Assembly (NCBI GenBank): GCA_028867755.1
Contig: JAGWFT010000001.1
Span: 708,727-772,726 of the forward strand
Length of the DNA stretch: 64,000 nt
Direction: 5' to 3'
Origin: Nitrososphaerota archaeon
Lineage (GTDB): Archaea > Thermoproteota > Nitrososphaeria > Nitrososphaerales > Nitrosopumilaceae
Shown piece after piece: positions 56,552-64,000 of the stretch. How positions within the stretch are numbered: the stretch's first letter is position 1; every line of letters begins with the position of its first letter. Made by a program: the position numbers and the translations under genes. Under the pieces are notes generated by a model, which saw only the letters and a list, made by a program, of their open reading frames with translations, was not told the origin of the DNA and made no database searches.

Positions 56552-57574
56552 TTACGCTATTTTTAGAGAATCCACAAACACGCCATTTTTGCCCTTTATC
56601 TCACCAATCTGCCTACTCTGTAATCCGTATTTTTTGAATATCTCATCAATTCTTTCCTCTTCATCCTCTGGCGCGATGACACAAAATCCAATTCCCATGT
56701 TAAATGTCTTGTACATCTCTTCTTTTTCTACATCTTGGTTTTCAATCAACTGGAATATCTCCGGGGGTTCAGGCAAGTTGTCTATCACATATCCAATTTT
56801 TTTAAGGCGTAAAAGTTTGGTAAAAGATCCGCCTGTTATGTGTGCAAGTCCATGTATGTTACATTCTCTTATTGCTTCAAGTACAGGCTGGACATAAATC
56901 TCAGTAGGTGCCAAAAGAGCATCACCTAATACGCCCAGTCCCTTTATCTTGTCACGCAAAGAATATTTTGAAAGCAAAACTTTTCTTGCAAGTGAATACC
57001 CATTTGAATGCAGCCCGCTACTCTTCACCCCAATTATTATGTCTCCTGGGTTTATCATGTCTCCAAGAATCATGTTTTGTTTATCTAGAATCCCTGTTAC
57101 CATTCCTGCCAAATCGAATGAAAAATTTTTTCCTGCTATGAGGTCTGGAAGTATGGCAGTCTCCCCACCTACAATTGGAACCTTGGCCTTTTTGGCTCCT
57201 TTGACAAGACCTCGAACAATCTCTTTGAATATGTCTTGGTCATTTCTGTTTGCTGCAATGTAATCAACAAAGGATACTGGAATAGCTCCTATGCATATGA
57301 CATCGTTTACGTTCATTGCGACACAGTCTATTCCCACAGTGTCATATTTTCTCATCATTTGTGAAATTATCACTTTGGTTCCTACGCCATCAGTATGTGT
57401 AGCCAGTAATTTTCCGCCTGGCATCTCCACAATTCCTGCATAGTGTCCAAACCCTGACAGTGTCTTTATTCCCTTTCGCAGTTTGTGGGTTGACGAGATT
57501 AGCCTTCCAATGCCTGCCTGGCTCTGTTTTATTTTCTTAATGTCTATTCCAGTGTCTCTGTATGTTACTCCCAA
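56552..57574 (-). CDS. purM: Phosphoribosylformylglycinamidine cyclo-ligase (AIR synthase)
   Basis: TDGVGTK, VAMNVND, GGETA, SSG.HSNG.S, AHITGG, FNMGIG. Confidence 0.96.
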   Translation of the reverse strand: MGVTYRDTGIDIKKIKQSQAGIGRLISSTHKLRKGIKTLSGFGHYAGIVEMPGGKLLATHTDGVGTKVIISQMMRKYDTVGIDCVAMNVNDVICIGAIPVSFVDYIAANRNDQDIFKEIVRGLVKGAKKAKVPIVGGETAILPDLIAGKNFSFDLAGMVTGILDKQNMILGDMINPGDIIIGVKSSGLHSNGYSLARKVLLSKYSLRDKIKGLGVLGDALLAPTEIYVQPVLEAIRECNIHGLAHITGGSFTKLLRLKKIGYVIDNLPEPPEIFQLIENQDVEKEEMYKTFNMGIGFCVIAPEDEEERIDEIFKKYGLQSRQIGEIKGKNGVFVDSLKIA

Positions 57575-57632
57575 TGAATCTGCTCTAGTTACTCAGAATA
57601 AAAGAATTTTGTGTTGTAATGTGTCTACACTA

Positions 57633-57980
57633 TCAACTATTGGTTTTTTGCATGAACAAATCCAACATCGTTCTTCCCTTGTCTGTTATGAAATAAACAA
57701 CGTTTGACCCAATTGGCTCTTTTTGTATGAAACTATATGCCATGCAAAGATGGAGATAGTTCAGAAAGGACCTCTTCATCCTGATGTTTGACTTTACATA
57801 AAGGTCTGAAAATGTCACAGGCCCACACCTTAGCTGATACAGTAGCTTAAGGATGGATATTGTGCTAAAGTCTCTGGCTCTTGCCTTGACTGAGTCTAGT
57901 ACTTGCTCATCCCTTTTTATGATAAAGTCCGAAAACTGATCGGCTACTTCTACTGGTATGTAAGTCATTCTAGTTCGCAT
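57633..57980 (-). CDS. Winged-helix domain protein
   Basis: SF.NYL......F.........Y.ITDKG..L. Confidence 0.75.
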   Translation of the reverse strand: MRTRMTYIPVEVADQFSDFIIKRDEQVLDSVKARARDFSTISILKLLYQLRCGPVTFSDLYVKSNIRMKRSFLNYLHLCMAYSFIQKEPIGSNVVYFITDKGRTMLDLFMQKTNS

Positions 57981-58144
57981 ATTACAGTAGTGGTACGGTA
58001 ATGTACCTTATTAATTCTAACTGATGATTCTTTTGAGCTAATTCATAGCTTTTTTGAACTATTTACGCAACATAAAATAAATCAAACATACCAAAATACA
58101 TCAACTTTCAATTTGTTTTTATCCCGGGCAGATGAAACTACAGC

Positions 58145-58381
58145 ATGCATAGTGCATTTGTGCTTATGAACGCCGAGCTTGGAAAGGAAAACACTATTGT
58201 TACTGAGATTAAAAAAATTCCTAACGTCAAGGAGATCTATCCGGTGTATGGTGTTTATGATGTTTTGATGATAATCGAGTCTGATTCCATGGAAGTCTTA
58301 CGTGAAACGATAACATCCAAGATAAGAAAACTAGATGGAATAAAATCAACACTTACTATGATAATTGTAAAAGATCAATAA
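58145..58381 (+). CDS. Stand-alone Lrp/AsnC ligand-binding domain protein
   Basis: AFVL.N.ELG.E, VYGVYD, IR.LDGI.STLT. Confidence 0.88.
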   Translation: MHSAFVLMNAELGKENTIVTEIKKIPNVKEIYPVYGVYDVLMIIESDSMEVLRETITSKIRKLDGIKSTLTMIIVKDQ

Positions 58382-58437
58382 TGCACCTTTGTTTTTCTAT
58401 AATTTAATAAAATTTATTCTAATGGGATTGTGGTATA

Positions 58438-59439
58438 TTGGCTAATGACTTTGTAATGCTTCTGTTATGGTTGGGGGAATTGCTTGTCTCAAGCTGGTTT
58501 CTCTCAGAGGGAGCAGAACATCTATCGGAAAGATGGGGAGGAAGGTTTGTTGGCAGAACGTTACTTAGCGTTGCAACTACATTGCCAGAGATTGGAATTG
58601 TAACAGCTGCTGTAAAGAGTGGTTCTTATGATACGGCACTGGGCTCTGCACTTGGAAGCAACCTGTTTATGATGACTCTGGGGCTCGCAGTGATGCTAAT
58701 AATTGCAACTACTCGTCTCTCAAAATCCCCCCAAAAGTTCATTGATGTAACACAATTTAAGATGGACAAAATACTTCTTGTAATCACATCTGTTGTCGGG
58801 GCAGTCTTATTTGTAAATGGATATGACATGACAGACGGAATTTTGTTTTCAGGACTGTTTGGAACATATCTATATCTTGCTTACCGAGAGATGAAAAAAG
58901 AAAAAACACAAGAAAGGTTCGAATCTGAACTTCACGAAACTACAAAAAAAACCACAAAGCATTTTGCACGCTCGATGTTATTCTTCGCAGTTGGTACTGT
59001 GGGAATATTTTTTGGAGCAGGACCTTTTGTCAATACTCTTCAGGGAACAGCATCTGATCTAGGACTCTCAGTTGTAGTCCTTGCTGTAATTGTAAGCCCA
59101 ATAGCAGGAGAGATGCCTGAGAAGATATCTATGATTCTCTTGGCAAGAAAGGGAAGCAATGGGGCATCCATTGCAATAGCAAATGTGCTTGGATCCAAGA
59201 TAGTGAACAACACATTACTTTTATCAGTAGCAATTTTTGCAGCAATTGGCTATAAGGGGTTGGGTACAACGATCAAAAACACATCACTTTTAGAAAATCA
59301 GATGATACTTGTCACAGTAATAACAATTGTTGCACTGATACCTATGTTTCGAAACAAGATGGGCTTGCGTTCAGGCATGATGCTGTTGGCACTCTATGCG
59401 ATAGGTATTGGATTCCAGTTTGTACTTTCTGGTCACTAG
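58438..59439 (+). CDS. Sodium/calcium exchanger (CaCA) family antiporter
   Basis: Alpha-repeats ATTLPE..GSALGSN and GEMPE..NVLGS. Confidence 0.88.
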   Translation: MANDFVMLLLWLGELLVSSWFLSEGAEHLSERWGGRFVGRTLLSVATTLPEIGIVTAAVKSGSYDTALGSALGSNLFMMTLGLAVMLIIATTRLSKSPQKFIDVTQFKMDKILLVITSVVGAVLFVNGYDMTDGILFSGLFGTYLYLAYREMKKEKTQERFESELHETTKKTTKHFARSMLFFAVGTVGIFFGAGPFVNTLQGTASDLGLSVVVLAVIVSPIAGEMPEKISMILLARKGSNGASIAIANVLGSKIVNNTLLLSVAIFAAIGYKGLGTTIKNTSLLENQMILVTVITIVALIPMFRNKMGLRSGMMLLALYAIGIGFQFVLSGH

Positions 59440-60791
59440 ATGGGCTCTACTTTAATTCCATCTACCTTTACAGTTGGCGTGATGCATGGAAGAGCACTCC
59501 ATTGAAGAACATTTCTAGAATCATTTCCTATTGCAGATATGTTCTGCAATAAGACAGGCAAGTTATGCACTATCCTTACTGGCTTGCCTGCATTTACTAT
59601 CATCCCATTTTCTATTATCCTGACCCCACTTCTTGCAGTACATGAAAAATCTCCCCTTTCTGGATTTACCGCGTAGGTGTACCATAGCCTTCCTACAAGT
59701 AAGCCCTTCTTGGTCTCCCTGATGATCTCATCTAGGCCCGTCCTACCTTCCTTTATTCTCAGGTTGTGGGGGATGGGTGCTGGGATGGGGTTTGCAACTC
59801 GTCCCATTGGTGAGCCAACTCTACCTGCATTACCTGTGGGCTCGCGGTTCTCTTTGAATGCATGAAACAAGTCAGAATACGTATCTGAAAAAATGCCTGA
59901 CTCTATCAAGTATCTTGTTTTTGTCGGGGTGCCTTCATCATCAAAGGGTTTACTTCCTATTCCATCTGGAAAGTGTGGATCATCCATCAGACTAAAGTTT
60001 TCTATAGCAACTTTTTTTCCAAGTTTTTCGGTAAAGCAACTTCTTTTCTCAGAATATATCTTTAGGTTGAAATTTGACGCAAAGACAAATGCAAGCATCT
60101 CTCCAATTGCATATGGTTCAAAAATTATGGAGTATGTTTCGGGGCTGCAACTTTTCGGGTTGATTGAATTAATGCACATCTCTTTTGCGTCATTTCCCAC
60201 CTGCTGCGGAGAAAACGAATCAATTGTCCTCGAAGATGATGCACCAATGCCGCTCACAGGCGTGCTTCCATATTCAGAATCTGCGTTAATGGTCCCAGCC
60301 ACATATGTGGCCCTGTCTGAACAGCTCAGACCATTTGTATTTTCAATCTTAAACTCTTCAGATACAATGTTTAACGAGCCAGAGATTCTTGTTATTTTTT
60401 GATGCAATGCAGAATTTATCATGGTGTTTGCGATCTCTATTGCTTGAGATCCTGTGATATTCTCTATTTTTTTGTCAAATGTCTTTTCAACTCTAGGAAT
60501 TTTTCCAGGATGGGTCAGTGTCTTCCAAAATGTCTTGGGTTGTATGAAAGATCTTGTTTGCAGTGCCCTGTCAAGCAGATCTGTCTCTTCCATATTGCTT
60601 GTAAAGGCAGACAGTATCTTTTTTTCATGTATTGCTCGTATACTCAGACCCTCTTCATCATTTTGTTTCATCTCTGCTATCTCAGAGTCAGTTATTCTAA
60701 CAGTGGTGATCTTCTTTGTTACATGCACTGCCTCGCATTCGTCAATGTGCATTCTTGCTGCTTTGCGAAGAATTTGCTCGCAATTTGACAA
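59436..60791 (-). CDS. TldD/PmbA family protein (PmbA-like)
   Basis: FDDEGTP, TGNAGR, GDFS, GKPVRI. Confidence 0.88.
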   Translation of the reverse strand: MSNCEQILRKAARMHIDECEAVHVTKKITTVRITDSEIAEMKQNDEEGLSIRAIHEKKILSAFTSNMEETDLLDRALQTRSFIQPKTFWKTLTHPGKIPRVEKTFDKKIENITGSQAIEIANTMINSALHQKITRISGSLNIVSEEFKIENTNGLSCSDRATYVAGTINADSEYGSTPVSGIGASSSRTIDSFSPQQVGNDAKEMCINSINPKSCSPETYSIIFEPYAIGEMLAFVFASNFNLKIYSEKRSCFTEKLGKKVAIENFSLMDDPHFPDGIGSKPFDDEGTPTKTRYLIESGIFSDTYSDLFHAFKENREPTGNAGRVGSPMGRVANPIPAPIPHNLRIKEGRTGLDEIIRETKKGLLVGRLWYTYAVNPERGDFSCTARSGVRIIENGMIVNAGKPVRIVHNLPVLLQNISAIGNDSRNVLQWSALPCITPTVKVDGIKVEPI

Positions 60792-62057
60792 CTAATTTCG
60801 CCTAGAGTTTTTGTACCTGTATCTATCTAGTTTTATTAATTCCTGATAGGAACCAAACTGACTGGTATCTTCTACCTTGTCAAGCATATCCTCTTCATTA
60901 TCAGAATTAAAAGTCTTGATTATCTTGTATCCTGTTGTTCTCTGGGCGGGGATTCTTCCGATCTCTCTCACGAGGCGTCTTATTTCACCAGGCCTTATTA
61001 GCTGACCATGACCGGCACCTGCAGCAGTAGAGATGCTTTCATTGATGAGCGTGCCACCAAAATCGTTTGCACCACACGTTAACAGCAGCTGTGACATGTT
61101 AGCACCTTCTTTGACCCAGGATGTCTGAATGTTATTGATGTAGTTGTTTAACATTATGCGTGAAACAGCATGAGTTAATATGACATCTCTTCCGTCAGAG
61201 CCACTTTTTATGCCATCATGAAGTTTTTCCTTGAACATTGGAGCTTCAGAGTGAATGAAATTCAATGGAACAAATTCTGTAAATCCACCTGTTTCCTTTT
61301 GTATGTCTCGAATAGTTTCAATGTGTCTTGCCCTATCCTCTGGAGTTTCAAGATGTCCAAACATCATGGTTGACGTAGACGGGATTCCAATTCTATGTGC
61401 TGTCTTTATAACTTCGATCCATTTTTTTACGCTAATTCTTCCAGGCGAGATCTTGTCGCGCAGTGATTGGTTCAAGATTTCAGCAGCTGTGCCGGGAAGC
61501 GAATTTACTCCAGCGTCTCGTAACCTTTGCAAATATTCTTGTATTGAAACATTTGACCTGGTTGCTCCGTAGAGCACTTCTTCTGGAGAAAATCCATGTA
61601 TGTGCATGTCTCCAATCTCCTTTTTTATCGCCTTGCATATGTTTTCATAAGTACTTCCATCCATGTCTGGTGGAAGTCCAGCTTGCACACATACCTCGGT
61701 TGCACCAAGCGACCTTGCTTCCTTTGCTCTTCTTACTATCTCTTCTATTGGCAAAAAATATCCCTCTTCTTCGCGAAAGTCTCTGCTAAATGCACAAAAA
61801 CCACACTGCTTTATGCAGACATTTGTAAAGTTGATGTTTCTGTTAACAACATATGTGACAGTATCACCGACACGCCTTTTGCGAAGTTCATCTGCTACCA
61901 TGGTGACAAGGTGAAAGTCAATTCCATTTGCAGAAAACAGTTCTACCGCTTCTTGTACAGTTACGTCTTTTTCTGCCAATGCTCTATCTAGTGTTTGAGC
62001 AATCAGTGGGTCTGCATGTCTGATTAGTGAATCAAAGAGAGAACTCTGCATCTTCAT
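60792..62057 (-). CDS. cofH: FO synthase subunit CofH
   Basis: NINFTNVCIKQCGFCAFS, PGTAAEIL, TMMFGH, IQTSWVK.G, GANDFGGTL..E.IS. Confidence 0.93.
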   Translation of the reverse strand: MKMQSSLFDSLIRHADPLIAQTLDRALAEKDVTVQEAVELFSANGIDFHLVTMVADELRKRRVGDTVTYVVNRNINFTNVCIKQCGFCAFSRDFREEEGYFLPIEEIVRRAKEARSLGATEVCVQAGLPPDMDGSTYENICKAIKKEIGDMHIHGFSPEEVLYGATRSNVSIQEYLQRLRDAGVNSLPGTAAEILNQSLRDKISPGRISVKKWIEVIKTAHRIGIPSTSTMMFGHLETPEDRARHIETIRDIQKETGGFTEFVPLNFIHSEAPMFKEKLHDGIKSGSDGRDVILTHAVSRIMLNNYINNIQTSWVKEGANMSQLLLTCGANDFGGTLINESISTAAGAGHGQLIRPGEIRRLVREIGRIPAQRTTGYKIIKTFNSDNEEDMLDKVEDTSQFGSYQELIKLDRYRYKNSRRN

Positions 62058-63223
62058 CTCAGATACTCCTTGCTTACAAGATTATCAGAGTCTGCAATCT
62101 CTGACATCTTAGACTGTAAATTAGATTCAACCATGGAAAAGAACTTGGGATATACAGGGAATCTTGCTCTTAGCTCAAACCCTGCATTTTCACAGTTTTT
62201 TTGTACTGTGTCAATTGAAGGCCAAGAAAATTCTGGATTGACATAATCAGGAGTTATTGGAGATATTCCTCCCCAGTCATTTATTCCAGTTTGAAGAAAA
62301 TCAGGATAAGAGTCAGGTGATAGGTTTGGTGGGATTTGTATGTTCATTTTTGGCATGATTAATCTAGTCAAAGCAACCAAAGTCTTGAAATATCTTTCTT
62401 CTGGTCCAGGCACGTTTCGCATTACAGTGTCAGGCTTTGGCTGAAAGTTTTGCAGTATAACCTCTTGAATGTGGCCATGTTTTTCGTGAATAGATTTTAT
62501 GGTAAAGATAGAATCTATCAACTCAAATGGGCTCTCACCAATTCCTATCAAAAGGCCAGTAGTCATAGGCATTGATAGCTCGCCAGCATTTTCCAGAACG
62601 CGAATTCTGGCCCTTGGGTTCTTGCTTGGGGCAAACTCATGAGGCATCTGCTTTTCCACAAGTCTCTCGCTTGAATTTTCAAGCATCACTCCAATGCTTG
62701 GATTTGTCTTTTTCAGCTCACTCATCTCAGATTTTGTCAAATTTCCAGCATTTGTATGTGGAAAGAGGCCAGCGTCAAGCACCATCTCTGATGCATGAAC
62801 AAGATATTCTATCGTACTTGAAAAACCGTTTTCTTTGAGCCATGCTCTTGCTTCACTATATTTTTGCTCTGGCCTCTCGCCTGTAACAAATAATGCTTCG
62901 GTGCACTTGTACTTGCGTCCAACCAAAGCAAGATTTGAGATGTCTTGCTTTGACATCATAGATACCTTGGATTCTCCAGGCTCTGCCTTGTATGTGCAAT
63001 AAGAACATGTATCGCGACAGAGGTTTATTAAATTAAAAAATACTTTTCTAGAATAGGTGACAGTCTTGCCATTGTTCATGTTTCTGAGAATCTGAGCTGC
63101 CTTGTAAATCTCAAACGGGTTTGATTCTGATTCTTGGTAAATTTGGTATGCCTCTTCCTTTGTGATATCTTTTCCATCAAACACCTTGTTTAATAATTCA
63201 GAATTTAGAAGTATCTTGCTCAA
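62054..63223 (-). CDS. cofG: FO synthase subunit CofG
   Basis: TYS+KVF.NL..LCRD.C.YC, LPHTNAG, QNF.PK, Q.PPNL, G.NDWGGISP..PD.VNPE. Confidence 0.94.
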   Translation of the reverse strand: MSKILLNSELLNKVFDGKDITKEEAYQIYQESESNPFEIYKAAQILRNMNNGKTVTYSRKVFFNLINLCRDTCSYCTYKAEPGESKVSMMSKQDISNLALVGRKYKCTEALFVTGERPEQKYSEARAWLKENGFSSTIEYLVHASEMVLDAGLFPHTNAGNLTKSEMSELKKTNPSIGVMLENSSERLVEKQMPHEFAPSKNPRARIRVLENAGELSMPMTTGLLIGIGESPFELIDSIFTIKSIHEKHGHIQEVILQNFQPKPDTVMRNVPGPEERYFKTLVALTRLIMPKMNIQIPPNLSPDSYPDFLQTGINDWGGISPITPDYVNPEFSWPSIDTVQKNCENAGFELRARFPVYPKFFSMVESNLQSKMSEIADSDNLVSKEYLR

Positions 63224-63261
63224 CTAGTTTTGTAGCTTAGGGAGTTGTATTTATGCTTGTA

Positions 63262-64000
63262 TTAGAACTGATCAGGTCTTTTCTGAAGAGTAAGAGGTAC
63301 CTGCATGGTCTTGCCGTCACGAATTATTGTCAGCGTCATTTTGTCACCTACCGCTTTTTTGTCCTGTAAAAAGTTTAACAGGTCTTCAATTTTCTTAATA
63401 GCATATCCATCAGCTCCGATAATAATATCTCCGCCAATATGGTATTGAGTACCATTAATGGTCTTTGTTTCCGTATATCCGTGTAATGCTGCCTTTGCAG
63501 CTGAAGTGTTGGGTACTACTGTATTTATCATAAACCCAGATGATGCTGGTAACTGCAAAGTGTCGGCCAAGTCTGCATCAATACTTATTCCAGTTATACC
63601 AAGCCACGGGTGGTCATAATGTCCATTTTGTATTAAAGTTGGAACTATTCTCTTCATGGTGTTTGATGGAATTGAAAAACCTACGCCGGAAAATTCTCCA
63701 GTCTCTGATTGGATTGCAGTATTTATCCCAATCACCTCACCTTGCATGTTGAGAAGAGGGCCGCCAGAATTTCCTGGATTTATTGGTGTGTCAGTTTGAA
63801 TTACATTTGGTATGGAAAAGGAACTGTTTGGAGGATCAAGCAGTCTGCCCACCTGACTTACTATCCCAGATGTTATGGTCCCAGTAAGCCCAAAAGGATT
63901 GCCAATTGCAGCTACTTGGTCTCCAATTCTAAGATTTGACGAGTTTCCAAGTGTTAGAGGATACAAAACATAAGTGCCAGGTTGTACTTTGATGACTGCA
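63262..64000 (-). CDS. HtrA/DegP-type serine protease with PDZ domain (N-terminus outside window)
   Basis: [26 protein letters not shown]-terminal PDZ; frame open to the window edge. Confidence 0.93.
   Translation of the reverse strand, partial: AVIKVQPGTYVLYPLTLGNSSNLRIGDQVAAIGNPFGLTGTITSGIVSQVGRLLDPPNSSFSIPNVIQTDTPINPGNSGGPLLNMQGEVIGINTAIQSETGEFSGVGFSIPSNTMKRIVPTLIQNGHYDHPWLGITGISIDADLADTLQLPASSGFMINTVVPNTSAAKAALHGYTETKTINGTQYHIGGDIIIGADGYAIKKIEDLLNFLQDKKAVGDKMTLTIIRDGKTMQVPLTLQKRPDQF

Noticed and set aside
60792-63223. cofG/cofH plus the cofH-like mqnC as an unusual duplication
   Set aside because: F420 (FO) synthesis and the futalosine menaquinone pathway are both established in this phylum and use related radical SAM enzymes.

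Overview
Chromosomal window from an ammonia-oxidising archaeon (Nitrososphaerota/Thaumarchaeota, probably Nitrosotalea-like). The assignment is inferred from gene content and AT-richness, not from a database search. Three parts. (1) 1-26.1 kb is core metabolism: apgM, slyD, galT, thiDN/thiC, a nearly complete archaeal shikimate/aromatic cluster (ADH synthase, DHQ synthase II, aroD, aroE, aroK, aroA, aroC, a chorismate mutase-aminotransferase fusion, tyrA), mqnC, ubiD, bcp and an aquaporin, with a few small insertions (alba, orphan DNA methyltransferase). (2) From tRNA-Arg(GCG) at 26141 to about 52 kb is an accessory region with no visible integrase. It holds Rio1, TFB and an EMC3/TMCO1-family gene, an RlmN-type methylase, DpsL, MarR-MFS and many unannotated Cys/His micro-proteins. 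Its most striking part is a 33.2-37.5 kb module: two near-identical winged-HTH regulators, two type-1 copper cupredoxins, a secreted protein with four EGIDGIP repeats and a candidate hairpin sRNA, sharing a promoter motif built of 11-bp units. (3) 52-64 kb is core again: class I lysS, elp3, purM, Lrp domains, Na/Ca antiporter, pmbA/tldD, cofH, cofG and a partial HtrA. No CRISPR array, rRNA or intact IS element was seen.
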